Below, piece after piece: positions 41,524 through 51,863 of a stretch of DNA of 64,000 bases. Every line of letters begins with the position of its first letter. Position 1 is the first letter of the stretch. The translations under genes were made by a program, and so were the position numbers. Origin of the DNA: Andalucia godoyi And28 (lineage: Eukaryota > Protista > Jakobida). The notes beneath the pieces were generated by a model. It worked only from the letters and a program-made list of their open reading frames with translations, did no database searches and had not been told where the DNA came from. The stretch lies in NCBI GenBank assembly GCA_009859145.1, contig VRVR01000019.1, positions 197,695-261,694 on the forward strand, written 5' to 3'.

Positions 41524-44067
41524 CTAGAATGTTGTACTATACAAAATTGCAACGATAACTCCAGCACACACTGTCAAAACAGCAATGGCATAATTAAAAG
41601 GATCTTTCCTCAACTGAAATTGCGCGGTCAGCTGTGCTCGCTGTTCTCGACTTGCCAGCAGCACCCGTTTCATGTTCAACAGCTCTTTGGCTAACACAAG
41701 GCTCTGGGTCTCCGATACTTGCATGAGTTGCTCGACGGTCTCTCGCTGCAACGCAACAAAATTTTGCACCGTCTGCACACAGTTTTCCAGCACTGCAGGG
41801 CTGGAGATTGTTCGAAAGACTGCTGCTGATGGGGATATCAAGCCAAATCGCATATTTCGGACAGCAGGGCTTAGAATCTGCTGTTCCTCTGCTTCTTCCT
41901 TTGTGTCTTCTGCCGGGTTAGTCTGATCCGCCGCTGAATCTACCAAGGATAGGTCCACGAAACTCAAGAGTGGCGCTGTCTCGTACTCTGCGGGTTTCTC
42001 GTCCAAATCTTCGAGATCCAGCTCCGGTGATTCAATAACTGGCTTCGCACCGCCGTTCTCTTGGAGGACGTTATCGTCCGCCGGAGACCAAGATAGCGGT
42101 GCTCGTACTTCTGGTTCTTCAAAATGCAACTGTCTCTCGACGTTGACCGGAACTGGGGATCTTGAGGGCGTCTCTGCCTTCTGCCCAGCAATTAGCATTT
42201 GCTTGAGCGGTGAATTGCGGTTCTTATTTGTGGCCATCAGTGACTCTGAGAGGTGGATTAGTGGGGAGCGAGAGATGGTCATGTCTCTCACGGACGAAAT
42301 TGCGACAGCAAGGCGCCTAATATAGTCGCTCACTCTTTCTGTTTGCGCACCTGCGTCTTGCAGCAACCGAATGACTTCGGTGTGTCCAGATGAACATGCC
42401 TTGATCATCGGGGTTTCGTTGAGGTCATCAACAGGATCGATGGTCGCTCCATGCTGAATTAGCAAATAGGTGCACTCCACGGACCCGGCCAGGGCCGCAT
42501 AATGCAATGCAGTCATACCGACGACGTCATTGGCATTGACATCCGTTCCGATCCCGTTCTCAGGATCCAGCAGATAGTGAGCGAACAGTGCGTGCCCCTT
42601 CCGAACACATTCCATCAATGCAGTCCTCCCTTTCTCGTCAAAGTCATTTGGATTCGCACCGCGTTCCCTGAGAGTCTTGGCGAGATCCACATTTCCGTTG
42701 ACCGCCGACAGCAGAAAGGGAGTGCAGCGGTTTACGGTCTTGATTTGCACGTCTGCATGGTTGTCCAAAAGGAGACTGGCAACTTCCTGATGTCCGAGTA
42801 AGCAAGCATACATGAGGGCAGAACTGCCGACCTCGTCCGTCATGTTCACGTCTGCTCCGGAACTCAGGAGAATCTGTGCAATGTTGAGATCTCCCTTGCA
42901 GGCACAAAAATGCAGACAAGTAGACCGCTTCGGAAAGTCTTGTGCATTCATCAACGCCAACAAGGTTCCTTGCGACAAGCGTCCCTTTGACTCAAGTTCT
43001 TGGAGTTTGGCGATTGCAGCGCAGACCAAATCGAAATTGCCTGCGTGAACTGCGATGTGGAGGAACGTTCTTCCGCGGTGATTGACGGCTGTGGGATCTG
43101 CCTTTCTGGAGAGCAGTGTTTCAACAAGTTCAATGTTTCCGATCTCTGCAGCGACCAGCAATGGAGTATTGCCTTCTCCGTCCACTAGATCTTTGGAAGC
43201 ACCCGCATTGAGGAGAATGCTTGCGATCTTGGTGAAGCCCATATAGGCTGCAATCAGCAGCGGTGTCCTGCCCTGATGGTCCTTCGCATCTAGAACCTCC
43301 AGCTTACTAACCCCTGCTCCACGAAGAGCAGTCATGGACACAATCTTCTTGACGCATTCTTCGTGATTCTGCGTGACTGCATAGCTGAGCAATGTGCTTC
43401 CCTCCACGTCCTGCCGATTCAGCAGCTCTGGACACAGCTGCAGACACGTAACAAGCACTCTTACGTCGCCCTGGAAAGCAGCCAAATGTGCTACGCTCTG
43501 TCCGCCGATGTTGTTCTGGTCCACGATCCAAGTTCTTGCGAGCTCGTCCCCAAGCGCCTTAACGGTGGACTCCACTTCTTCGTGGTTTCTGTTGAACGAC
43601 GCCCAATGCAAAGGCGTAAATCCATTCTCATCCCGATGATGGACTCCATCGTTCGCACCTGCCGTTGCCCCTCGCGCAACAGGGACAGGCGATGAAAAGA
43701 TGTCTCCCAACGAAACATCCTGACTCTGAGTCCCCAAAAGCAGCGGCGACTTTTGCACGGTCTTAATCATCGGCGAAACAACATCCAAAACACCGGCATT
43801 CCCATTTTGACTCGCATCCGCAACGGGATCTTGGCATGCATGCGGTTCCTCTCCAGCTTCTTTGAGCCTAAGTCGCACAGACGGCGAGCTTCCGGGAGTT
43901 GGTGACTTGGCCGCCAACACAACAGACACACCGCGAGGAGACGTTGCAAACTTGAGAAACGCTGGAGATTTTAAGGATTTTCCGTTTTTGCTACGAGGAG
44001 AATTCTGGAACGGAGAATTCTGGTTTGAAAGATCCATGAAGGGAATTCGATGCACGTCCGCCATCAA
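41524..44067 (-). CDS. Ankyrin-repeat protein with a C-terminal coiled coil and TM anchor
   Basis: More than 10 repeats of the G.TPLH.A type, a coiled coil, and a terminal hydrophobic helix YAIAVLTVCAGVIVAILY. Confidence 0.85.
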   Translation of the reverse strand: MMADVHRIPFMDLSNQNSPFQNSPRSKNGKSLKSPAFLKFATSPRGVSVVLAAKSPTPGSSPSVRLRLKEAGEEPHACQDPVADASQNGNAGVLDVVSPMIKTVQKSPLLLGTQSQDVSLGDIFSSPVPVARGATAGANDGVHHRDENGFTPLHWASFNRNHEEVESTVKALGDELARTWIVDQNNIGGQSVAHLAAFQGDVRVLVTCLQLCPELLNRQDVEGSTLLSYAVTQNHEECVKKIVSMTALRGAGVSKLEVLDAKDHQGRTPLLIAAYMGFTKIASILLNAGASKDLVDGEGNTPLLVAAEIGNIELVETLLSRKADPTAVNHRGRTFLHIAVHAGNFDLVCAAIAKLQELESKGRLSQGTLLALMNAQDFPKRSTCLHFCACKGDLNIAQILLSSGADVNMTDEVGSSALMYACLLGHQEVASLLLDNHADVQIKTVNRCTPFLLSAVNGNVDLAKTLRERGANPNDFDEKGRTALMECVRKGHALFAHYLLDPENGIGTDVNANDVVGMTALHYAALAGSVECTYLLIQHGATIDPVDDLNETPMIKACSSGHTEVIRLLQDAGAQTERVSDYIRRLAVAISSVRDMTISRSPLIHLSESLMATNKNRNSPLKQMLIAGQKAETPSRSPVPVNVERQLHFEEPEVRAPLSWSPADDNVLQENGGAKPVIESPELDLEDLDEKPAEYETAPLLSFVDLSLVDSAADQTNPAEDTKEEAEEQQILSPAVRNMRFGLISPSAAVFRTISSPAVLENCVQTVQNFVALQRETVEQLMQVSETQSLVLAKELLNMKRVLLASREQRAQLTAQFQLRKDPFNYAIAVLTVCAGVIVAILYSTTF

Positions 44068-44586
44068 TTACCACAAAGAAGGGGGGACGGAAAGAAAAAC
44101 CAGAAAGAAGTCCAGAAGTTTCTATGTGGAAAAAAAAGACGAGCAGCGGAGATGGCCAGTGGCAAGAAATCGCGTACTCAACCACTGAGAAATGATGATT
44201 AAAGGCAAACCACAAAAGAAAAAAAAAGGAAAACGAAGAAAACAATGATTATCAGAAAATCGACAACCCAGACAGCAAATACAATAAATATATGATAATC
44301 GCACGTAACGACCGTTAAAAAAATCTTATATCAATCGCAGCATCAAGCCCAAGTGTCAACCGTGACAAATTTAGCCCGGCTTTTTCCACTGTATGCGGGC
44401 ACTTCGCCTATGAGGACACTTGTATATTCTCTCGTCCATCTATCTAGGATAGTGTTCAGGCCTTTTCCCTTTTGTTTTTCTTTTGTTTTTCTTTTTTACT
44501 TTTGTCGTCATTTTTTCTTATTGTTATTGCTGCCATTTCCCTTTCCGCATCTTATCCAACGGCAGTTGCAGAGAAGAACGAAAGAA

Positions 44587-45660
44587 ATGTCGCCTGGGAT
44601 GAACGATTCAAACACGGACACGGCCAACAGCAATGGTAATAGCAGTAGAGGTGGTGGTGGTAGTGGCGGTACTGCTGCTGCGACTCCGGACAAAAAGAGC
44701 GAGATGTTTATCCCACTTCACATTTCCGACTTTGACAAGATCGATATGTCGACGATGGAGTACGGGCAGGAGCTTGATTCTGAGCATCCCGGTTTCCATG
44801 ACCCTGCATATCGCGAGCGTCGTCGGCTGATCGTTGAGAATGCGATCAAGTATCGCAATGGGATGGAGCTTCCTGATGTGCTGTACACGAATGAAGAGAA
44901 CGAGGTGTGGAGAATCTGCTTTGCACAGCTTACCAAGCTGTATCCTTCGCATGCTTGCCACGAGTACCTGGATTGCTTTGAGAAACTCGGTTTTCCGTCG
45001 GACCGCATTCCGCAGCTCGGTGAAGTGACGAAGAAGCTGTTCAGTCTGACTGGTTGGCGGCTCAAGCCAGTTGCGGGGCTGCTTACACCACGCCAGTTTC
45101 TCAATTCTCTGGCATTCAAGGTGTTCCATGCAACTCAGTACATCCGACATCCTTCTAGGCCTCTGTACACTGCAGAACCGGACGTGATCCATGAGCTTAT
45201 GGGCCATGCTCCGTTGCTTGCAGACCCCGAGTTTGCGCGGTTTTCACAGGTTATCGGACTGGCATCGATTGGGGCGTCAGATGAGGAGGTTGACAAGCTG
45301 GCCACTTGCTATTGGTTTTCCGTCGAGTTTGGAATTTGCAGAGAAGCGTCCGGTGAGCTTCGTGCGTACGGTGCAGGTCTGCTTTCGTCCTTTGGAGAGT
45401 TGCAGTACTCTCTTGGAACCGACAAGGCACATGGAACGCCGGAGTATAGACCGTTCGATCCGCCCGTTACGGCGCTCCAGAAGTACCCTATCACGCAGTT
45501 CCAGCCTCTGTACTTTGTTGCAGAGTCGTTTGCAAAGGCTTGTGATCAAATGCTCGAGTTTTCAAAGACGCTCACGCGATCTTTTAATGTAGAGTACCAC
45601 CCGGATTCCGATTCTATCACGATTGTCAACAGCACTGCTGCTGCACAGTCCTCCGTCTAG
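44587..45660 (+). CDS. PAH: Phenylalanine 4-hydroxylase (aromatic amino acid hydroxylase) lacking an ACT domain
   Basis: DSEHPGFHDPAYRERR, PVAGLLTPRQFL, TQYIRH, EPDVIHELMGHAPLL, YWFSVEFG, AYGAGLLSSFGEL and QPLYFVAESF. The start is taken at ATG 44587. Confidence 0.92.
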   Translation: MSPGMNDSNTDTANSNGNSSRGGGGSGGTAAATPDKKSEMFIPLHISDFDKIDMSTMEYGQELDSEHPGFHDPAYRERRRLIVENAIKYRNGMELPDVLYTNEENEVWRICFAQLTKLYPSHACHEYLDCFEKLGFPSDRIPQLGEVTKKLFSLTGWRLKPVAGLLTPRQFLNSLAFKVFHATQYIRHPSRPLYTAEPDVIHELMGHAPLLADPEFARFSQVIGLASIGASDEEVDKLATCYWFSVEFGICREASGELRAYGAGLLSSFGELQYSLGTDKAHGTPEYRPFDPPVTALQKYPITQFQPLYFVAESFAKACDQMLEFSKTLTRSFNVEYHPDSDSITIVNSTAAAQSSV

Positions 45661-45791
45661 ATCACGACTTGTGTTTTTGAGCGCGGAGGTCGTTTGGTTG
45701 GGATGCGGTGGAATGTTAAATTGGTGTCGATACGAGCCATTGGTTGACTACTCGGGTTTGTAATATGGCCGTGGGTCTGGGTTTTTTGTGG

Positions 45792-45793
<2 letters not shown>

Positions 45794-45859
<66 letters not shown>
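45794..45859. repeat. (TG)n microsatellite
   Basis: Seen directly. Confidence 0.95.
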
Positions 45860-45860
<1 letters not shown>

Positions 45861-46117
45861 GTGTTTGTTTTTGTTTTCATTGGTGGAGGTCCTTTTTTTA
45901 ATTATTATGTTCGTTCTTGCATTCGTTCCGCGCGTGTCTGCTGGTCTCCATCCTTTTCCCTTTTAAGGTTCAAAAAGAGAAGAGAACGATGACAGTCTCG
46001 AAAATACAAAATAAAAATAAATACTAATCAGAGAAAAACGAAAAAACGAAAAAAAAGAATCAATGAAATTGGAATTGGAGACGGGCATGCAAGATGCGCA
46101 GGTTTGCCAGAATTTAC

Positions 46118-46960
46118 TTAGAAAAGATACGGGGCAATGTGCAAATCGTACAGCGAAATGAACTTCGCTCCGACAAGTTCCGTCTCGTTGAAGCGCATCC
46201 ACTTGATGACGTACAGATGAAACGCAGTGAAGGTGGCGATGGAGACCAGGGAAATGAAGGTCGAGCGGAACCATCCGAGGGGCTTGGAGAACGGGTTCTC
46301 GTTCCACACACGAACAATTGCCAAGAAGGGGAAAATCAAGTAAGGAATGTACACGGCAATGAACATGGGAACGTCTGGGGTCTTGTTGGGTCCAAAGAGC
46401 GTGCATCCGATGCAGATGAGCAACGAATAAAATGTGAAAGACTGGGTAATAAGAGTGAAGTTTCGGAGTCTGTTCCAGCCCTTGAGGAAGCCAAAGATTG
46501 CAACAGCCGAAAAGGGCATCAGACAGAGCAGGTTGACCCATTCCATGACCTGCCAGAACATGGGATTCTCATAAAGCAGCGGATCCACGGTGCGTGCCCA
46601 CTTAAAGTACAAATTCGTCAAGAACTTGGGCGGATAGACAAGATCCATGGTCTCCAGCTGCGGAATGTCCACTCCAAGGTACGACGCCGTGAAGTTGTGC
46701 AAATCGGTGAAGGTGACTGTGAACAGGAACATCAAAAAGTAAAACGACAAGAACAGATCCGACAAGCGCTGCGAAAGAGGAAGTGCCTGTGTAGACGCCG
46801 AGCGGCCACTCGATCGCTTGGCACCAGCAGCTGCTTGCGGTACCGTAAGCTTCGCATGCGCCTTGTCCGACTGCACATCGGCCGAGATCGACTTGTGCTG
46901 CACCACAGACGCAGTCGTCGGAGATGGCTCCGCAGGACTCTGTTTGGTCTTTTTACCCAT
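46118..46960 (-). CDS. EXPERA-domain membrane protein (TMEM97/sigma-2-like)
   Basis: DLFLSFYF, DPLLYENPMFWQ and YIPYLIFPFL within multiple TM helices. The start is taken at MGKKTK. Confidence 0.75.
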   Translation of the reverse strand: MGKKTKQSPAEPSPTTASVVQHKSISADVQSDKAHAKLTVPQAAAGAKRSSGRSASTQALPLSQRLSDLFLSFYFLMFLFTVTFTDLHNFTASYLGVDIPQLETMDLVYPPKFLTNLYFKWARTVDPLLYENPMFWQVMEWVNLLCLMPFSAVAIFGFLKGWNRLRNFTLITQSFTFYSLLICIGCTLFGPNKTPDVPMFIAVYIPYLIFPFLAIVRVWNENPFSKPLGWFRSTFISLVSIATFTAFHLYVIKWMRFNETELVGAKFISLYDLHIAPYLF

Positions 46961-47018
46961 ATTTCTTTCTTTTCTTCTTCTTCTTTCTTTTTGTTGAAGA
47001 GACGAACGAAACGCACAG

Positions 47019-47053
<35 letters not shown>

Positions 47054-47268
47054 GAAGCAGTCTTTCTGAAGAAGCAAAAAGAAAAGAAAGAAAGAGAGAC
47101 AGAGACAGAGAGACAGAGAAACACAAGTCAAGCAAGTAAAGATAAAGGATGAATGCTTAAATGGATAAGAATGGTGATTAAAACAAGCATTTGAGGCTAT
47201 TTGGGCTCTGCGAAGAGGCCTGACAAAGTGACGGGTTCGCGCTCGCCTTTTGGGAGTGTTTTACCGTA

Positions 47269-48249
47269 CGAGCGTTTCCATAAAATTCAATTCAGAAATT
47301 CCAGCAATTCCTAAGCCGCTCCCGTTTCCGTTTCTCTCTTTTCCTTTTCTCTTTTCCCTTTTCCCTTTTTCCCTTTCTCCCGTTTCACCTTGGACTTCGT
47401 TGTGTCAAACAAAATATTGAATAAAACACTGCTGCGTTCGTATTTTTGATGTTTCACCGTTTTTATATGGCACCACATCCTCCTCACACTTCGCCACACG
47501 TTGTCGGTTTGTCTGTTCCGTCGGTTTCATACTTGCACATTTGCGGAGCCCGATGGTGCAGGTGGTGAAAGCTGCGCTCCGAGAGCGGCTGCGCCATCCC
47601 GATCTGCACGATACCCTCCTGAGTTGGGTGAACGATTTGTCGTTCATCACGTGGCGCGGCGCACTCCTGCTAAACCACTACCTCGCCCTTGTGTTGGAGA
47701 ATGACCTGCCCTTTCCCGATTTCAAGGATTCGTTCTGTTGTAGCTGTCGCAGTGTTGTCGATAAAAATGTCGACAACGACACGGACTTGTCCGTTTATGT
47801 GTAACCGACGGTTTGTTTCTTTTATTCTTTTGTTCGTAAAATAAATCAGATAGGTTTTATTATTTTAGGTGACATAACAGCCGCCGATTCCGCAGTCGTG
47901 TCAAGAAGCAGCAGGCGACGGTCAAGCTGCTGGACCGTCTGGCTACCCGCGACCAGGTGGCACCCTTTTTTCGGTTCCACCAACACCCGAAGAGGGTGCG
48001 CATGCGGATGCCCGAGAATCTGGTGTTGCGTCGTGAGCGCTTCGTGCCCCGGGGGGTTGAGACACTGCGCCACAGTGAACTGTCCATCTGACCGCGGCTC
48101 TTGTGTCGGAATCCACGCGGTATTCCCAGTGCAAGCGAGCTGGAGTCCTCGCGTGAGGCACTCATGAAGATTGAAAATGTCTGGTTCTGCCGGGCATTTC
48201 ACGCCTCTCGTTCCTGGGAATCCCTGCATTGATTTGAATGGGTGTGACC
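47269..48249 (+). mobile_element. Family A copy 2: non-autonomous Fanzor1-like element
   Basis: TA flanks at 47267-68 and 48250-51. Fragments: MVQVVKAALRERLRHPDLHDTLLSWVNDLSFITWRGALLLNHYLALVLENDLPFPDF (47553-), HNSRRFRSRVKKQQATVKLLDRL (47873-47941) and LRHCATVNCPSDR (48057-48095). Confidence 0.8.
48130..48249 (+). ncRNA. Putative omega-RNA scaffold of the family A element (equivalent region 17943-18065 in A1)
   Basis: Position between the last nuclease motif and the right end; hairpins GCGAG..CTCGC and TGAAAATGTCTGG-ttctg-CCGGGCATTTCA, enclosed by GAGGC/GCCTC. The boundaries are inferred. Confidence 0.5.
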
Positions 48250-48623
48250 TAAGAGAACGGCGGGAAAAACTACGACAGGTTCATTGCGGTGTCGTTTATT
48301 TAGCCCTAATGTATTCATGTATGTACATCGATATGCATATAAGAATCGATTAATCCGTTGGCAACTCTTTTCCGTTACTTTCAGTTTTTTGTTTTTCCTT
48401 TTGTTTTTCCTTTTTGTGTTTTCTGCTCGTTCGTCGTTACTGCCCCCATAGCTATTTTCCTACACTCTCACACGCATTCAGGACAGAGCACGTGGGCTTT
48501 GTTGTGGATTTTTCTGCGGTGCTGTCTTATTATAGCTATTGTTGCAGAATTTGTGTTTCCGAGCGTTTTTTTCAGCAAGAGCGACAAGAAGGATCTTTTT
48601 TGGTGGCTGTTGAGAGAATTACA

Positions 48624-49568
48624 ATGAAAACGCATATCAAAGGCATTCAAGCACGTCGTCGCGACTTTCTGCAATTCAGTGCAGTTACTCCGGCATTCAG
48701 CAAAGACGACGGGCTTGATGATGTCCTGGGTCGTCTTTCTTCGATTGACCGGAAGCTTCGTTCAACGACTCGAGAGCTTGATGTCGAACACATCCCTTCT
48801 GCATTGACTCCGCAGAGGACTCTTGATACGTGGAACTCTCGTTCTCCTGCTCGGCGGTCCCCTTCTCCCCATGGCCATTCTCTCTTGAGTTCATCCCTGT
48901 CATCATCATCATCAACAGCAACAGCGACAGCGACAGCAATAGCCGCATCTTCGTCTTATTCGTCTGGTAAGATGGAGAACAGGTCGTCGTCGTCGTCTTC
49001 TGCAACATCAATGTCGCGAACAGCATCAGACGCAAGCACGCCATCCAGCCAACGACAGGCAGGCCCGCTGATCCGGTCGTCGCCGTTGCTTGCGAACCAG
49101 TCTGGAACACTCCAGGCGGACGTGCAATTCTACACTTTCGATGTGGATGTGGACGAACATGCACTGGTGCATCTGGACATTGAAAGACTGGACCCGTGGT
49201 TCGAAAGCGACACGACGGCATACATTGATCATTCGGGCCTTCTAATCAACGGCATCGCAGACCAGTACCTTGACTTGCGGACAAAGTGCAAGCAAAAAGG
49301 GAAGGTGGAAGTTGAGATCCCTCAAATATCATGCGATTTTGAGAAAAAGATCCTAAAGTTCAAAAAGGGCGCACATGCATTCGCAGTCATGCGGGACTTC
49401 AAGCAACGATCCATTCCTGTCCTCGTCGAACAGTCGCTGGTCACTGAATACACGATGCGATTTCTCAGCAGTGAATCTCAGTCAGTCACCACACGACGAA
49501 CAATGTCTGTTCTCGCGATGGAACAGCGCAGGGCACGACTCGCTGTCAGTCCAAAGCCGCAGCCGTGA
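48624..49568 (+). CDS. Hypothetical protein with a possible degenerate ParB/Srx-like C-terminal domain
   Basis: ATG 48624, a Ser-rich middle, and a globular C-terminus with KFKKGAHAFAVMRDFKQRSIPVLV. Confidence 0.55.
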   Translation: MKTHIKGIQARRRDFLQFSAVTPAFSKDDGLDDVLGRLSSIDRKLRSTTRELDVEHIPSALTPQRTLDTWNSRSPARRSPSPHGHSLLSSSLSSSSSTATATATAIAASSSYSSGKMENRSSSSSSATSMSRTASDASTPSSQRQAGPLIRSSPLLANQSGTLQADVQFYTFDVDVDEHALVHLDIERLDPWFESDTTAYIDHSGLLINGIADQYLDLRTKCKQKGKVEVEIPQISCDFEKKILKFKKGAHAFAVMRDFKQRSIPVLVEQSLVTEYTMRFLSSESQSVTTRRTMSVLAMEQRRARLAVSPKPQP

Positions 49569-49661
49569 TCACGGGATGAAAGCAGTCCATGCTAGTCAAT
49601 TCACGTGCCTGATTTCGACGGGGATGCACATTCTCTCGCCTTTCCTCGTCTCTCTCTGTGT

Positions 49662-49776
<115 letters not shown>

Positions 49777-49958
49777 TCTCTCTATCCCACATTGCATACA
49801 AATCTGCAAATCTAGCTCGCCTTCCTTTGCTCCTCCTCCTTCTCCTCTGATGAATCTTTATGAACTAAATAAATATCATGTTGTTTTTCGTATTTGTAGC
49901 CATTCCCTCTTTTGAGAAGAGCACGAAGCTCATTTGAAACGCAAGCCTCTGCCATATC

Positions 49959-50002
<44 letters not shown>

Positions 50003-50008
50003 CTCATC

Positions 50009-50623
50009 TTAATCATCGGCCTCTTCCTTTTCCATCTCAAGAATGTGTGCCCACTGTTCATCGGTCACTTTCTGGATGCTCAATCGGGACTGTTTGACAA
50101 GCGACATTCCAGCCAGAATGGGATCCGTGGGAGCTCGTTCCTTGATCTCCTTCAAGCTTACGAGCCGTTTCAGCTTCCTGACGAACCGAAAGTCGACTTG
50201 ATACCAGATCGGATTCGACTCTCTTCCTTCGCTTCCCGCGTGATAGTATCTGTGCTTCTTGTCAAATGCTGCCAGATCCGGATATGCTTCGCGGCAGATT
50301 TCTGCGATCCCGACAATTCCTGCATCCTTGGAATTGGAATGATAGAAGAAGATTTCCTGGCCCATTTTCATGGACCTGAGATTCTTCGTAGCCTGGTAGT
50401 TCCGGATGCCATCCCACCGAAACACACCTTCTTTTTCAAGCAATGAGAATGGATACTCGGCCTCTTCCGACTTGATCAAGAAGTGATTGACGTCGCCGAG
50501 CATTCCTGCTGCTTTTCCAATTGCAGATGGCACCATACCGACCGCAGCCTTCTCGCGATCGTCGTGGATGCTTCGAACTACGGATGGCGGCAATGACGAT
50601 GTCTTCCGACGAACGGCACCCAT
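50009..50623 (-). CDS. EVE-domain protein (THYN1-like)
   Basis: HFLIKSE, WDGIRNYQATKNLRSM, FFYHSN, GIVGIAEI, YPDLAAFD, WYQVD and QSRLSIQKV. The start is taken at MGAVRR. Confidence 0.9.
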   Translation of the reverse strand: MGAVRRKTSSLPPSVVRSIHDDREKAAVGMVPSAIGKAAGMLGDVNHFLIKSEEAEYPFSLLEKEGVFRWDGIRNYQATKNLRSMKMGQEIFFYHSNSKDAGIVGIAEICREAYPDLAAFDKKHRYYHAGSEGRESNPIWYQVDFRFVRKLKRLVSLKEIKERAPTDPILAGMSLVKQSRLSIQKVTDEQWAHILEMEKEEADD

Positions 50624-50746
50624 TGCTGCTGCACGTAATATTTTTTTGCCTTTCTTCTTCTTCTTCTTCCTGTCGTTTGCAGAAGACGGGGAGGGTGAAC
50701 GGGCGGAGGCAAACGAACAAACGAACAAATTGACAAGAGCGGTTCC

Positions 50747-51409
50747 TCAATGTGGTGGATTCGTGGATGTTGTTGTGGTTGAGATACGACAGATGTCTCG
50801 CTTCACGGGACGACGACAGCTTGTCGAACGGGGGATGAGGACATCAGTAATGGTGCCCGTGTCGATGGCGTCGGTGGTCTCTGTTTGCATCTCCCGGATC
50901 TCTTGTGTGGTAAATGCGTAGATGGGAGCATCTTTGCGAAGATAGAGTGGGTGCTTGGGAGTTCCGACCATGGTGTAGCCAAAGCAAAATACCTTTTGTA
51001 AGCAGCCTATCCGTTTCAGCATTTCCTCGACTTGCCTCCCACGCTCCAGGAACACCCCGTGGTTTCCCCACGCAACAAGAATTCGATGCGCCTCAACGCA
51101 GTGCGATGCAATGTACGTGTCGTTTTGGGGGCCAACGGGATCGGTAACCGTCCGTAGACCTTTTGGATTGGTGGACCGCAATGCAAAGATGTTAACAGCA
51201 ATCATTGCTCCGCATCCCCATGTGCGTGCCAAGTCAATGGAGCGCCGGATCGTGGGGTCATCTTGAGTTTCGTCCGCCGTGCTGGGGTTCAGCATGATGA
51301 ACACAGCCTGCGGTTTGCTATCATCCCAAATCCTGTAAAGCACATATCGATACTTTTTCGAATCGTCAAACACCGCCTTTGAAACTCGGATATCTTTCTG
51401 CAGCAACAT
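50747..51409 (-). CDS. DUF1643-family protein (prokaryote/phage-type)
   Basis: KYRYVLYRIWD, FIMLNPSTADETQDDPTIRR, VNIFALRSTNPKGL, DPVGPQND, LVAWGNHG and GTPKHPLY. Confidence 0.9.
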   Translation of the reverse strand: MLLQKDIRVSKAVFDDSKKYRYVLYRIWDDSKPQAVFIMLNPSTADETQDDPTIRRSIDLARTWGCGAMIAVNIFALRSTNPKGLRTVTDPVGPQNDTYIASHCVEAHRILVAWGNHGVFLERGRQVEEMLKRIGCLQKVFCFGYTMVGTPKHPLYLRKDAPIYAFTTQEIREMQTETTDAIDTGTITDVLIPRSTSCRRPVKRDICRISTTTTSTNPPH

Positions 51410-51423
51410 GTGTGTGGGTGTGT

Positions 51424-51460
<37 letters not shown>

Positions 51461-51863
51461 TGTGTGGGTGGGTGTGGGTCAGCGCGTCGTTCGGTTTATG
51501 AAAATGATAACAACAACGGTAAATCAGTGTCACGGAGAAAATGATGATTTGGCTGTGTACGTACGGCGTGGCGGATTGCAAACCGCCCGATTACCGCGCC
51601 AGAGAACAGGAAAGCGTCCGGTCCGACTTCCCGGAGCAACCGTTGAACAATAGCACGTCATTGTCATGCATACGGAAGTACACATAAACAGACGCGACCT
51701 GTGACACAGGCTCCGCATTTTCGACGCTCTTCAAGGCAACATCCGTAGCCATCTATTCTATCATTCGTTCAGTGCACTGCCAAGAGGCGAACTTCCAAGA
51801 CACGATCTCCAATCCCAGCACGCAGGGTAGCCAACCCCAAGCAGAAGCCTCAGGGACCGTCTC

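Noticed and set aside
51410-51860. Candidate IS607 TnpA remnants and a left end for B2 (AVYVRR, SIIRSVHC, ggctcc..cgac..tcttc)
   Set aside because: The similarity is too weak to fix a boundary or a protein identity.
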